A stretch of DNA of 64,000 bases from Negativicutes bacterium (GCA_963665275.2 CAXXIN010000018.1:192001-256000); one strand, 5' to 3'. Shown: positions 10,456 to 21,216, counted from the first letter of the stretch. The notes: a model not told the origin generated them from the sequence alone. A program made the numbers and translations.

Positions 10456-10572
10456 GGCGAAAGCAAAGGAGAAGTCGGCTACATTGCCTGGGCGCGTGCG
10501 AAAATTGACTGGCTGAACCCGCTGGTGGGGAGAAAGGATGAATGGCTGGGCTATCGGAAAGCAGGCGGTTGA
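10456..10572 (+). pseudogene. C-terminal gene remnant (YIAWARAKIDWLNPLVGRKDEWLG)
   Basis: no start codon; resembles the WAxxKADWxDP tail I recall from hypothetical proteins in integrative elements. Confidence 0.45.
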
Positions 10573-10639
10573 TTGCTGATTTCAACTGACAGCGATAAAA
10601 CTAACATTTAATCTTTTTACATTGTGCGCTGCGAATTAT

Positions 10640-10662
10640 TTAACCTACATATTGTAGGTTAA
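10640..10662. promoter_or_regulatory. perfect 10-bp inverted repeat, probable operator
   Basis: TTAACCTACA-TAT-TGTAGGTTAA, 15 bp upstream of ATG 10678. Confidence 0.6.
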
Positions 10663-10677
10663 GGGGCGAGGTGCGAT

Positions 10678-10980
10678 ATGCCAGTCATTCACGATGCGCT
10701 ACGCGAAGAAATGGAATGGTTGCTGGAAAAAGAACAGGCATATAAAAAGCAGCTGTCGTTGCTGCCCAAAGGACGGATTCATGATAAATCGATTGGCGGC
10801 AAAAAATACCCGTATCTTACCTATCGAGAAGACGGCAATGTGAAGTCCAGGTATGTGAAGCCGGAGGAATTGGAACAAGTGATGGCTCAGGTGGAGCAGG
10901 GCCAGCAGCATGAAACGGCACTGAAAAGTATTCGCGCGGATCTGCGTGTGATCCGAAAGGTTGTTAAAGTTGGAAAGTAG
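10678..10980 (+). CDS. small basic protein, DUF6788-like
   Basis: LPKGRI..K.IGGKKYPYL.YREDG.VKSRYV pattern; RBS GAGG. Confidence 0.7.
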   Translation: MPVIHDALREEMEWLLEKEQAYKKQLSLLPKGRIHDKSIGGKKYPYLTYREDGNVKSRYVKPEELEQVMAQVEQGQQHETALKSIRADLRVIRKVVKVGK

Positions 10981-11044
10981 TCAGAAGCAAACATTTTGGC
11001 AAACGATTGCACTTTTTCATGATGTCGGTGTAAGAAAGTGGTAA
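10970..11044 (+). pseudogene. truncated N-terminus of a downstream gene, possibly a GSU2403-like nucleotidyltransferase
   Basis: TTG start overlaps the upstream gene; MESSQKQTFWQTIALFHDVGV then stop, abutting the next gene at 11045. Confidence 0.4.
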
Positions 11045-12711
11045 CTAAATATTGGCTGATTTATCAGGAAAGGCATTTGTGAATGCGTTCTGACTTTCTA
11101 TCATATCTACAAATCGGAAAGCGAGATCGGGGTCAAACTGACTTCCGGCACAACGCTTGAGTTCTTCCAACGCGGCGTCAGAAGGCATCCCTTTTCGATA
11201 GGGTCTATCGCTGATCATTGCATCGTAGCTATCGATGATTGCCAGAACTCTACATTCAAAGGGAATATCAGTTCCCGCAAGGCCTAGAGGATAGCCCTTG
11301 CCATTCCACCATTCATGATGCTTTAAAATCCAGCTTGCTATTGGAAGCAGAGTTGAAGATGCATGAGCAAGTCTGCAGCCGATCTCGCTGTGCTTTTGCA
11401 TCGTCAGTCGTTCATCTTTGGTCAATGCCCCGGGTTTGAGCAGAATATGGTCAGGGACACCAATTTTTCCAATATCGTGGAACCTGGCAAAAAGGTTTAA
11501 GTCGGCCATAGTCGATGGAACAATTTCGATTAATTGAGCAAAGTTTGAGAGGAGAGCTTCCATCCTTTCGCTATGGGCATCGGTGTCGTTATCACGGGCT
11601 GCCTGCATTTGCTGCACAAGCTGAATAGCTGTGCTGTTGTAGCCGATGCTATGAGAAATCTTTTCTCGGTACATTTTGCCGTCAGCTTCCTTGCATAAAT
11701 TGCGTATGTCGCAATTGGGGCCAAAAGCGTAACCGAAGGAAAGATGCAGTGGGAGTTCTTCATTGTTGTTTTGCAAACTCAATTCCTGCAAACAAAGGTG
11801 AATCTTTGAATATAGCTGCTCCAGCGCCTGTTCATCTGTGTGTTGAAGCAGTATAACAAACTCATCGCCACCGATTCTGAAGATGGCGCTATTATCGTGA
11901 AAGGTAGCTTTGAGAAAATCCGCTGTGCGTCGCAGTAACTTGTCACCGAATTCATGACCTAAGGTGTCATTGACAAACTTGAGTCCGTCAACATCAAAAA
12001 AGAATACGCCGATTTGCTGATTGATTCCATTTTCCAACTGCAGCAGATCCGCTTCAAAGCAAGCTCGGTTGTGTGTACCGGTTAATATGTCGTTGTAACT
12101 CAAGAAACGCAAATCTTGCTGAACTTGTAAACTCTGTGTCAGATAAACTCTCGCCCGGCGATATTCTTGCTGATAGTAGCCGGTAATTATGCTAAAGACG
12201 GTGGCGCTGATAATGATAGATATCGTCAATGTTACAGCTAAGTCCATATAGCGTTCGACAGAATTTAAGGGAATGAGTAGTGTTTGTGGGTGAAGGAATT
12301 CCCAGTAGATTAAGCTGTCAGGAATAATAATCAGCATAATAATTGCGGCAATCCTTTTTGTTCCTTCTAAAAGTACCGCTACCATCGGAACAAAAAGGGT
12401 AATGTATATTGGAGTACGACCTAGACTGCCTCCGGTCTGAAGCCAACATATTGGAACTGCAATGATAACTAGAAGTAGCCCCAATAAAGTCGGTAAATTA
12501 TAGTGGCGTTTAACACGAGATAAATAGTAGAGGGCTGACAGAAAGATTCCTGTCACGATAGGCGTGGTTACTGCACGGGAAGGCATTTGGATGATGTAAT
12601 TAATACAAGCGCCCCAAAACGAAAGAATAGGCCTAGAAGTAAAATGAGATTCAGTAACCTGTGCCTGGCGGAAAAATGCGATTCCTCACCAATAAATTGC
12701 TCAACGCTCAC
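11045..12711 (-). CDS. membrane-bound diguanylate cyclase / HD-GYP phosphodiesterase, frameshift near 12620
   Basis: RIGGDEF, HDIGKIG, HHEWWNGKGYP; upstream frame GTG 12711 with RBS GAAGGGA (MSVEQFIGEESHFSARHRLLNLILLLGLF) joins after adding one T. Confidence 0.85.
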
Positions 12712-12910
12712 GTTAGCCGTCCCTTCGAATTTTGATTACACACTAAAGGCGTTTCTGGATATGGTTTTGCAAGCTCGAGTGGTTTTTGTTGTCAATTATA
12801 TTTAACGTTCGACCCAATCAATAATAGTCCTGCCTTTTATGGAGTAAATTGCCAGTAAACCGAATTCCAATATCGAATAAGTACTATAGTAATGCGCCAA
12901 TAATGTATTG

Positions 12911-12939
12911 AAAAAGAAACCCTTTCGGGTTTCTTTTTT
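12911..12939. terminator. bidirectional-type intrinsic terminator
   Basis: AAAAAGAAACCC-TTTC-GGGTTTCTTTTTT. Confidence 0.8.
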
Positions 12940-13022
12940 CGAGATAGCTCCGTCTCTAAAAGCGGCGGGCTGGTAATGTGCCGGACACTATCCGCGAGAA
13001 CTGCCAGGTTTATAGTGAGAAA

Positions 13023-13592
13023 TTACAAGCTAATCTTGGCACCCAATAGTTCAACAAAACTCCGCAGCCATTCGGGATGATTCGGCCACGCTTGAGCAGT
13101 AACCAGATTGCCGCTGACTACTACTGGTTCATTGATCCATTCCGCACCGGCGATACGGCATTCAGCAGCGCAAGCAGGGTACGAAGTGGTTTGTTTCCCT
13201 TTCATAACGCCTGCCGCAGCTAAAAGCTGTGTCCCGTGACAGATGGCAGCTACAGGTTTTCCGGCGGAAAAAAACTCTTTTACAAGGGAGACAACGTCTT
13301 CGTGCATTCGGATATATTCCGGCGCCCGTCCTCCGGGAATTACCAAGCCAACGTAGTTTTCCGTTTTAACATCTTGAACCGAAATGTCGACAGGAATACG
13401 ATGACCTGTCATTTCTACATAAGTATCGAGACCAATAAAATCGTGTACCACCAGTTGCAGCATGTCGCCCTTATTCTTCAACGGCGCAGCGATGTCAACC
13501 GAATAGCCAAGCATCATCAATGCTTGTTGTGGAACTTTAACCTCATAGTCTTCCGCACAATCTCCGGTCAGGATTAGAATTCTCTTTGTCAT
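13023..13592 (-). CDS. DJ-1/PfpI family protein
   Basis: EDYE, IPGGRAPEY, AICHG nucleophile elbow, WPNHPEW. Confidence 0.92.
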   Translation of the reverse strand: MTKRILILTGDCAEDYEVKVPQQALMMLGYSVDIAAPLKNKGDMLQLVVHDFIGLDTYVEMTGHRIPVDISVQDVKTENYVGLVIPGGRAPEYIRMHEDVVSLVKEFFSAGKPVAAICHGTQLLAAAGVMKGKQTTSYPACAAECRIAGAEWINEPVVVSGNLVTAQAWPNHPEWLRSFVELLGAKISL

Positions 13593-13844
13593 TCAAAGCC
13601 CTCCTCTTTTAATATCTGGATTTCATTAGGTTGTCCACGATAATATTTTACCACTATACCGGATACCAAATGAACAAATAGTCAAAACATAAAGAAAATT
13701 TAACATTTGCATCTCGGGCGTTCGGGTAAATTATTAAAAATGGATGGGCAGCCGACTGGCTTCAACCCGAAGGATGACCATGTGTCACGGATGTGACGAG
13801 CTGAAATGCCTGAGATAAGAGGCGATCCGGATGGATTCACATGG

Positions 13845-14291
13845 CTAAGATAACTGGGATTGATCCTGGCAAAGAATGTTTGCCGGCAACAGAACCCCGT
13901 CACGATTCAGAAGCGCGATCAGGGATGCGGTTTGAACGTCGGATTGCCACAGCTTTTTTACGGTTTCCCGGCAGGCTGCATTATCCGGCACGATCTTGTA
14001 ATAACTAAGTTGATAGAGTTTTCCTGACCCTTCAAGATGATCCAAGGCCAGGGCTTCGGCAAGAACAAAAGGGAATTGCGTGGATTGCAGTGCATTGGGC
14101 AAGTCTTCGGGGCAGGAGAGAAATTCGTCGGCATCGGCAAAAGAAAAACAGAAGAAATTCGGCGCCCCGGTCTTTTCGTCAACCGCGAAGAGAAATGGCC
14201 CTTCTTCTTCGTAAAATTGTAGATCAGCGACTTGGGAACAGTTTTCCCGGCTGAGGCGGATCATCAGGTCAATCATTTCAGATTTTGTCAT
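13845..14291 (-). CDS. hypothetical protein (148 aa)
   Basis: ATG 14291 overlaps the lplA 3' end; acidic, protein-like composition. Confidence 0.65.
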   Translation of the reverse strand: MTKSEMIDLMIRLSRENCSQVADLQFYEEEGPFLFAVDEKTGAPNFFCFSFADADEFLSCPEDLPNALQSTQFPFVLAEALALDHLEGSGKLYQLSYYKIVPDNAACRETVKKLWQSDVQTASLIALLNRDGVLLPANILCQDQSQLS

Positions 14292-15312
14292 GAAAAATTC
14301 CAACCTTTGAAGCGTATGAATTGGGAAAAAAACAGGAAAGTACTTCGTCGGGTGAGATGTCGCGGATCGGATGAACTGTGAGCCAGTCTTCGATAATCTT
14401 GGCGATAGAATCACGTTGGTAAGGTGCGCCGAGGAGACTGTCTGCCAATTCCTCCATTTCGCCGGTAGCGAAAAAATCTCCGCATATTTTGCACTGATTG
14501 AGGGTGTTGTTTTGTACATTGAGCAATACCTGCACGCTGCCGCCGACAAAGGTTTTTTTTGTGTTGTGACTATAGAGCGGGAGTTTGCCGTAAGTCCACG
14601 TCGGGTCGCGGTAGCGCTTTTCAGCGAGGGTTTCGATAGCCTGCCGGTCGGTGGTGGAAAGTTCATAACACCGATAAGATTCATCCGCACTGGCAAAGAT
14701 TGCTTTGAGCAGGGTGGTTTCAAATTCGGCCAGCATTATGGCCGGTGGCAGATGCTGACGAATGGTCGTTACCTTGCTGCGCACCGACGCAACGGCGGGT
14801 TTGCTATGTTTGGCGTCTGAGCCGGACAAAGCTTGGGCCAATACGCTCATATCGGTATCAAATAGCAACGTTCCGTGGTGCAGTAGCCGGTCACGGTGGA
14901 TGTACTGGGCGTTACCGGAGAATTTTTGTCCGTCGATGGTCAGGTCGTTGCGACCGGTGAATTCAGATTTTACGCCGAGCTCAGCCAGAGCGGCGATAAT
15001 GGGCAAGGTGAAGTGGGAGAAATTGTTGTGACCGATACCAGCTAAATTCGTGATGAAGGTAAAGTTCAGATTTCCTAAATCGTGATATACAGCGCCACCT
15101 CCAGAGAGGCGCCGGACCACCTGGATGTTTCGCCCGGCAATGAAGGGTGCGTTGATTTCAACGTCTGCGTTTTGATTGCGGCCGATGACCACTGTCGGGC
15201 GGTTTTGCCAGAGAATGACGAGATCGTCGGGTACCGGCGGCTGCTTGAGAAAATATTCCTCCAGGGCTAGATTGAAACAAGGGTCGGTGTTGGAATTGAC
15301 GATATGCAGCAT
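14278..15312 (-). CDS. lplA: lipoate-protein ligase A
   Basis: NLALEE, IGRNQN, RRLSGGGAVYHD, KFSGNAQ, HGTLL, GDFF. Confidence 0.95.
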   Translation of the reverse strand: MLHIVNSNTDPCFNLALEEYFLKQPPVPDDLVILWQNRPTVVIGRNQNADVEINAPFIAGRNIQVVRRLSGGGAVYHDLGNLNFTFITNLAGIGHNNFSHFTLPIIAALAELGVKSEFTGRNDLTIDGQKFSGNAQYIHRDRLLHHGTLLFDTDMSVLAQALSGSDAKHSKPAVASVRSKVTTIRQHLPPAIMLAEFETTLLKAIFASADESYRCYELSTTDRQAIETLAEKRYRDPTWTYGKLPLYSHNTKKTFVGGSVQVLLNVQNNTLNQCKICGDFFATGEMEELADSLLGAPYQRDSIAKIIEDWLTVHPIRDISPDEVLSCFFPNSYASKVGIFHDKI

Positions 15313-15349
15313 AACGCTACCTCCTCGTTATATGGCGTTAAACTAGTCA

Positions 15350-16348
15350 TTACGTGCGATCCAGTCGCTCTGCCTTCAGATTGGATTCAACGGACTGGAT
15401 GAAACTATTCACGACTCGGCTATAACGGACTCGATCGTTATAGAAGGAACTCACGTGACCCGCCTGCGGAAATGTGTAAATTTCGCGGGGGCCCTGAGCG
15501 GCATTATAGAGATCCTGCGCCATAATGACTGGAACCAATTTGTCAGATTCACCGTGAATAAATAGAATGGGGGTGGTCGCATGACTCACGGCACGAATCG
15601 GCGAGGCCTCATAGAATGTGAACCGTGACTTGATATACGCGACGGCATTGGCGTAGGGCCAGACATAACGAAACGGAATATTACCCGCCAAGTGGAGACG
15701 CGCTTCGGCGTGAGGAGCCAACATGGCGCCAAAATCAGAATAAGCACTGTCAGCAATGTAAAAGGCAACACGCCGATTGACCTCGTTTTGCTCAGAATGC
15801 AACAGGGCAGTGGCTGCACCCAGAGATACTCCGTGAACTCCGATCATCCCGACAGGAAATCGCTGCCTGACCCAGTCCACCCATTGATCTAGATCTTGTT
15901 TCTCATAAACGCCCCAGGTGACTGATTCACCACCGCTTTCGCCATGATCCCGTGAATCAACAAGCAGCAGGTTAAATCCGGCATTCAAATAGAGATTTCG
16001 ATAATTCAGGCCGACTAATCGATTCTCTGTAAATCCGTGCAAAAAAATCAAGGTTTTTTCGGTGGGGGTTGCATTGGGGAGATAGGTTCCCTTCAAGGCA
16101 TAGCCAAAACGGGAGCTGATAGTTACGTCCGTCCACTGTTGATCCTTTTTGCCGATCTCCATAATTTGCTGCAATCGTGCATTGTTGTGAGCGTTTTCCC
16201 GGGTATGGCGAACGCTCATCTCGTTGTAAATGATGTTTCCGATATATAGGCCGGCCCCGTTGATGACAAGGCCAATCACCAACACGGCGATTAATAGTAA
16301 TCGTCGCCACTTGAAATTATTCACCACGCTAATCCTCTCTCGGTTCAA
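15350..16348 (-). CDS. membrane-anchored alpha/beta hydrolase (YqkD-like)
   Basis: N-terminal TM, HGF, HGESGG, GVSLG nucleophile, HGESD, AGH. Confidence 0.88.
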   Translation of the reverse strand: MNRERISVVNNFKWRRLLLIAVLVIGLVINGAGLYIGNIIYNEMSVRHTRENAHNNARLQQIMEIGKKDQQWTDVTISSRFGYALKGTYLPNATPTEKTLIFLHGFTENRLVGLNYRNLYLNAGFNLLLVDSRDHGESGGESVTWGVYEKQDLDQWVDWVRQRFPVGMIGVHGVSLGAATALLHSEQNEVNRRVAFYIADSAYSDFGAMLAPHAEARLHLAGNIPFRYVWPYANAVAYIKSRFTFYEASPIRAVSHATTPILFIHGESDKLVPVIMAQDLYNAAQGPREIYTFPQAGHVSSFYNDRVRYSRVVNSFIQSVESNLKAERLDRT

Positions 16349-16539
16349 AATTATGAAATTGAGATTTCTGTAATATATTGATTATAGCAAGTAAAATTTA
16401 TTTTCAAAACATAATTTTGATTGTGATAGGGTAGCATACTCGAATGAGTAGAAAATTCCGCTAGAAGGGAGGAGGGCTGGGAGTTGTGGCGAAATAATCT
16501 CAAACTGCTACAAAATAGAGTTCGCAGGTGTGGGCGGGA

Positions 16540-16568
16540 TTGACAAGCGGAATGTAGATTGTTACAAT
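16540..16568 (+). promoter_or_regulatory. sigma70 promoter of pyrE
   Basis: TTGACA-N17-TACAAT. Confidence 0.75.
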
Positions 16569-16582
16569 AATATATAAAAATA

Positions 16583-16680
16583 TCCTTTAAACTGGTCCGG
16601 TGAGGCTGGTAAGGGGCGATGTCCAATGCGACTGTTCATGCCTTTTTTGCGTGCTTCACACGCGGAAGAGGCGTTTTTTG
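16583..16680 (+). promoter_or_regulatory. PyrR-binding attenuator
   Basis: TCCTTTAAACTGGTCCGGTGAGGCTGGTAAGGGG resembles the PyrR binding loop; followed by terminator CCTTTTTTGCGTG..CACGCGGAAGAGG-CGTTTTTT; upstream of pyrE. Confidence 0.85.
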
Positions 16681-16721
16681 ATTGCGATATGATATACTAA
16701 TATGATGTGGAGGGCTGAAAA

Positions 16722-17300
16722 ATGCAAGAAGCGGAAGTCAAGGATTTGTTGGTAAAACATGGTGCCATTCTGGAGGGTCATTTCCTTCTGACCTCTGGCC
16801 TTCACAGTGGAATGTATGTAGAAAAGTTTCAGGTATTGCAATATCCGAAAGCAACCGAAAAGCTGTGTGAAGGGTTCGCTGAGTTGTTCAAGGATGAAAA
16901 AATCGATGTCGTCATAGGCCCGGTAACCGGTGGGATCATTTTGGCGCATGAAACAGCCAAACATTTTGGTACCCGGGCGATTTTCTCCGAGAGAGATAAT
17001 GGCCGCATGACCCTTAAGCGCGGTTTCGAGATCAAACCGGGTGAACGGGTTCTCATCGTGGAAGACATCGTGACAACAGGAGGCTCGGTGATGGAAGTCA
17101 TCGAGGTTGTCAAAGAATGGGGCGGCGTTGTTGCAGGAGTAGCGATGCTGGTTGACCGCAGCGGCGGCAAGGTCGATTTCGGGGTTCCGGCCAAAGCTCT
17201 GTTGACGTTGAATATAAAGACCTATGCACCTGATGAATGTCCATTATGCAAACAAGGAGTGCCGCTGACAAAACGGGGCAGCCGCATAGTTCCTGCATAA
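16722..17300 (+). CDS. pyrE: orotate phosphoribosyltransferase
   Basis: GHFLLTSGLHS, PRPP motif VEDIVTTGGS. Confidence 0.95.
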   Translation: MQEAEVKDLLVKHGAILEGHFLLTSGLHSGMYVEKFQVLQYPKATEKLCEGFAELFKDEKIDVVIGPVTGGIILAHETAKHFGTRAIFSERDNGRMTLKRGFEIKPGERVLIVEDIVTTGGSVMEVIEVVKEWGGVVAGVAMLVDRSGGKVDFGVPAKALLTLNIKTYAPDECPLCKQGVPLTKRGSRIVPA

Positions 17301-17347
17301 ATTGCACCAGTCCGTAAATAGTATGATGAAGAAGGTATGAAGGTACA

Positions 17348-19177
17348 ATGAAACGAACTGACTTAAGAAATGTGGCGATTATCGCCCACGTTGACCACGG
17401 CAAGACAACTTTGGTCGACGCGATGTTAAAACAGAGCGGCGTTTTTCGTGCGAATGAAAACGTGCCCAAGTGTGTAATGGATTCCAATGATCTGGAACGC
17501 GAACGGGGTATCACGATTCTGGCGAAAAATACTGCGGTTTTTTATCATGATATCAAAATCAATATCGTGGATACGCCGGGCCACGCCGACTTCGGCGGCG
17601 AGGTCGAACGCGTCCTCAATATGGTGGACGGAGTGCTGCTGCTAGTCGATGCGTTCGAAGGTCCGATGCCGCAGACGAAGTATGTTCTGCGCAAGGCTCT
17701 CGAACAGAAATTGAAGCCGATCGTAGTTATCAATAAAATCGACCGTCAGGATGAGCGGGCCGAAGAAGTCGTGGACGAAGTCCTCGATTTGTTTATCGAA
17801 CTGGGTGCGACGGAAGAACAACTCGATTTTCCAGTAGTCTTCGCTACCGCGCGCGCTGGTATTGCCAAACTCAATATGGCGGATGAAAGCGATAGCCTGG
17901 AGCCTTTGTTTGCAACGCTGGTACAGGAAATTCCCATGCCAGAGGGTGAAGAGAACGCTCCTCTGCAAATCATGGTGACAACAATCGACCATGATGAGTA
18001 TGTCGGACGAATCGGCATCGGACGAGTGGTGCGTGGCACGGTGAAGGCGGGGCAGGTTGTTTCCGTATTGCATCGCGACGCTGAAAGCAAACAGAAGATC
18101 AATCTTCTTTACGTCTATGACGGCCTGAAACGAACGGAAGTTCCGACGGCGAAGATTGGCGATATCATTGCCATTACGGGACTCGACGAATTTACGATTG
18201 GCGATACGTTGGCCGACCCGGAAAACCCAGAAACGTTGCCGACCATCAATATTGATGAACCGACCCTGTCGATGATGTTCATGGTAAATAACAGCCCCTT
18301 TGCCGGCAAGGAAGGACAATATGTTACTTCGCGGCACTTGCGGGAACGACTGATGAAAGAGAAGGAAACCAATGTCAGCTTGCGAATCAGGGAGACTGAC
18401 AGTCCGGATACCTTCGAGGTCTGCGGACGCGGCGAACTTCATCTGGCTGTTTTGATCGAGACGATGCGACGCGAAGGATATGAATTCGCTGTTGGCAAAC
18501 CGCAAGTTATTTATAAAGACATCAAGGGGAAAAAGTGCGAACCGCTGGAGTTCCTGACGGTTGATGTGCCTCAGGAATTCATGGGCGCGGTCATGGATCA
18601 GCTGGGAACGCAGCGGGCAGAAATGGTCAATATGGTTGAGTTGGCGGGCTATCTGCGATTGGAGTTTGTCGTGCCGGCACGCGGACTCATCGGATTCCGT
18701 TCGCAATTCCTGACCAATACCAAAGGAAATGGGATCATGCATCATGTGTTCCATGGCTATGCTCCTTATAAAGGCGATATTCCCGGACGTACCCGCGGAG
18801 CACTGGTGGCTTTTGAAACAGGTGAGACCTGTGCGTACGGAATTTTCAACATTCAGGATCGTGGCGTAATGTTCATCGTGCCGGGCCAAAAAGTCTATGC
18901 CGGTATGATTGTGGGCGAAAATACTCGCGAACTGGACATGGATATCAATCCTTGCAAACGAAAACAGATGACCAACACACGGTCGAGTTCTGCTGATGAG
19001 GCTTTGCGGTTGATTACTCCCCGGATCATGAGTCTGGAACAGTGTCTGGAACACATCAACGACGACGAACTGGTTGAAGTAACACCGAAAAACCTCCGCC
19101 TACGCAAGGCTGTGCTGGATCGGGCGCAGCGGGGACGTGACCGGAAACGCGCAATCTATGCTTCGAATGAAGAATAA
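17348..19177 (+). CDS. typA: translational GTPase TypA/BipA
   Basis: [47 protein letters not shown]. Confidence 0.98.
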   Translation: MKRTDLRNVAIIAHVDHGKTTLVDAMLKQSGVFRANENVPKCVMDSNDLERERGITILAKNTAVFYHDIKINIVDTPGHADFGGEVERVLNMVDGVLLLVDAFEGPMPQTKYVLRKALEQKLKPIVVINKIDRQDERAEEVVDEVLDLFIELGATEEQLDFPVVFATARAGIAKLNMADESDSLEPLFATLVQEIPMPEGEENAPLQIMVTTIDHDEYVGRIGIGRVVRGTVKAGQVVSVLHRDAESKQKINLLYVYDGLKRTEVPTAKIGDIIAITGLDEFTIGDTLADPENPETLPTINIDEPTLSMMFMVNNSPFAGKEGQYVTSRHLRERLMKEKETNVSLRIRETDSPDTFEVCGRGELHLAVLIETMRREGYEFAVGKPQVIYKDIKGKKCEPLEFLTVDVPQEFMGAVMDQLGTQRAEMVNMVELAGYLRLEFVVPARGLIGFRSQFLTNTKGNGIMHHVFHGYAPYKGDIPGRTRGALVAFETGETCAYGIFNIQDRGVMFIVPGQKVYAGMIVGENTRELDMDINPCKRKQMTNTRSSSADEALRLITPRIMSLEQCLEHINDDELVEVTPKNLRLRKAVLDRAQRGRDRKRAIYASNEE

Positions 19178-19197
19178 TTAAGGCAGTGCAATGAGGC

Positions 19198-19227
19198 GCC
19201 GGCAACCGAAAGGTTCCGGCGCTTTTT
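19198..19227 (+). terminator. intrinsic terminator after typA
   Basis: GCCGGCAACC-GAAA-GGTTCCGGC then T run. Confidence 0.75.
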
Positions 19228-19350
19228 AATTGCTGGATAAGTATGCAGCAATTAAGAATAAGTTGTTGCCGATAAAATGGCAAGTCTGTTATAATAAGCG
19301 AGTTAATGAATCCAAGCCACGGACGTTACGGATGGGGAGGCACAGTGTCC

Positions 19351-20229
19351 ATGTTTCAGGAAATTGTTCAGCAGATTGTAAATGGGCTGGTTCTAGGGAG
19401 CACTTATGCTTTGATTGCTTTGGGTCTGACCATGATTTATGGAATTTTGGGAATCGTCAACTGGGCTCACAGCGAGCTGTATATGTTGGGAGCTTTTGTA
19501 GGCGTTTTCATGGTCGTAACGTTGCACTTGCCTTTTCTAGTCGGGCTTGTTCTCGCGATGGCGGTGATGGCTGTATTTGGCATGGCCATGGATTTGCTGG
19601 TTTTTCGACCGCTGCGGTCGGCCCCGGAGATGAATATGATTATTGGGACACTGGGGATTTCCATCTTCTTGGTTCAGGCGGCGGTGATCGTCTTCAGTCC
19701 TAACCCAGTTCGGTTTCCCACTGAGTTTTCCGACTCGTATCTTTCTTTCATGGGGATATCGATCACGTTGCAGCGTCTGATGGTGTTTTGCGTGACATTG
19801 GTTCTGATTGGCATCCTCAACTATATCATCAAATATACGACAGTTGGCAAAGCAATGCGCGCCTGTGAGCAGAATTCGGATGCCGCCAAACTCATGGGGA
19901 TCGATATCAATCAGATTTCGCTCATCACTTGCGCAATTGGAGCGGCGTTGGCCGCTGCGGCCGGCACGCTGGTCGGTCCGATATTTCTGGTTTCTCCGCA
20001 GATGGGATTGGCTGCTATCTCCAAGGTTTTTGCAGTCGTAATTCTCGGTGGCATGGGAAATGTTCCCGGCGCTATCTGGGCGGCATTTATACTGGGGCTG
20101 GCCGAGAGTCTGACGGCAGGATTCCTTTCCTCCTACTACAAGGATATCGTTACTTTTTGCATCCTGATTGCGGTTTTGATTGTCAAACCGGCCGGCCTGT
20201 TCGGGCGCAGCCAGATTGAAAAGGTGTAA
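19351..20229 (+). CDS. livH: branched-chain amino acid ABC permease
   Basis: NGLVLGSTYALIALGLTMIYG, ILGGMG, PAGLFG. Confidence 0.9.
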   Translation: MFQEIVQQIVNGLVLGSTYALIALGLTMIYGILGIVNWAHSELYMLGAFVGVFMVVTLHLPFLVGLVLAMAVMAVFGMAMDLLVFRPLRSAPEMNMIIGTLGISIFLVQAAVIVFSPNPVRFPTEFSDSYLSFMGISITLQRLMVFCVTLVLIGILNYIIKYTTVGKAMRACEQNSDAAKLMGIDINQISLITCAIGAALAAAAGTLVGPIFLVSPQMGLAAISKVFAVVILGGMGNVPGAIWAAFILGLAESLTAGFLSSYYKDIVTFCILIAVLIVKPAGLFGRSQIEKV

Positions 20230-20232
20230 GGA

Positions 20233-21213
20233 ATGAAAAATATTCTGACTGCGCAAAAAATCGGCATTGTTATAGCGGTTGCACTCGCACTCGTTTTTCC
20301 ACTGATGGGATTCAAATCCTATTATCTTCATATTGCAGTATTAAGTTTACTGCATATTTTATTGGCGCTTGGTTTGAATTTGATTGCCGGTTATACCGGA
20401 CAGCTATCCCTGGCCCAAGCAGCATTCTTTGGGATCGGCGCCTATGTTTCCGCATTGCTGATGCTGAACCTGCACTGGTCTTTCTGGTTGGCGGCGCCTA
20501 CTGGAGCATTGATTTCTGGTTTGGTCGCAGTGGCGATTGGATTGCCGACGCTGCGTCTGAAGGGACCGTATTTCGTTATCTCCACTATGGGATTTGGTGA
20601 AATCGTTCGGCTGGTATTTTTGAACTGGGAGTCGGTGACGCGCGGGCCAAATGGTCTGAACGGAATTCCGGCGCCTGATCCGATCTCACTTGGATTTATG
20701 ACCCTGTCGTTCGAGACTCGTACAGAGAGCTATTATCTGATTTTGTTCGTATTGTTCGGGGTATTGATCTTATACTATAATCTGGTTCACTCCCGCATTG
20801 GCCGGGCCTTGCGGGCTATCCGCAACGATTATATCGCGGCGCAGGTCATGGGAATCCATATCGCTTTCTATCGCATTCTGGCTTTTGGAACCTGTGCGAT
20901 GATCGCTGGTCTGGCCGGTGCGCTATATGCCTCGTATATCCGTTTCATCAGTCCGGATACCTTTACTTCCGGGGAATCAATCAATATTTTGATCATGATG
21001 GTAATCGGGGGCATGGGCACGATCATCGGCCCGATTATCGGCGCTGTTTTTCTCACCTATCTACTGGAAACGATGCGGGTTTTCGCCGAATATCGTCTGG
21101 TGATTTATGGCTTGCTTATGTTCGTTGTTATTCTCTATATGCCCCAGGGGGTCGCAGGAATGCTGGGCGATCTTTGGCGGCGAATCACCGCTCATCAGAA
21201 GAAGGGGGTGTGA
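20233..21213 (+). CDS. livM: branched-chain amino acid ABC permease
   Basis: GYTGQLSLAQAAFFGIGAY, TRGPNG, MVIGGMG. Confidence 0.9.
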   Translation: MKNILTAQKIGIVIAVALALVFPLMGFKSYYLHIAVLSLLHILLALGLNLIAGYTGQLSLAQAAFFGIGAYVSALLMLNLHWSFWLAAPTGALISGLVAVAIGLPTLRLKGPYFVISTMGFGEIVRLVFLNWESVTRGPNGLNGIPAPDPISLGFMTLSFETRTESYYLILFVLFGVLILYYNLVHSRIGRALRAIRNDYIAAQVMGIHIAFYRILAFGTCAMIAGLAGALYASYIRFISPDTFTSGESINILIMMVIGGMGTIIGPIIGAVFLTYLLETMRVFAEYRLVIYGLLMFVVILYMPQGVAGMLGDLWRRITAHQKKGV

Positions 21214-21216
21214 CCA

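Noticed and set aside
10640-10662. Palindrome as a dif/Xer site
   Set aside because: 10-3-10 geometry rather than 11-6-11, and it sits at an operator position.
13700-13845. Intergenic stretch as a possible ncRNA
   Set aside because: No convincing structure, promoter or known motif.
14292-14723. 5' extension of the 292-aa ORF 13845-14723
   Set aside because: Overlaps lplA in another frame; ATG 14291 is the more plausible start.
17642-19054. 470-aa minus-strand ORF
   Set aside because: Antisense shadow of typA; no motifs or RBS.
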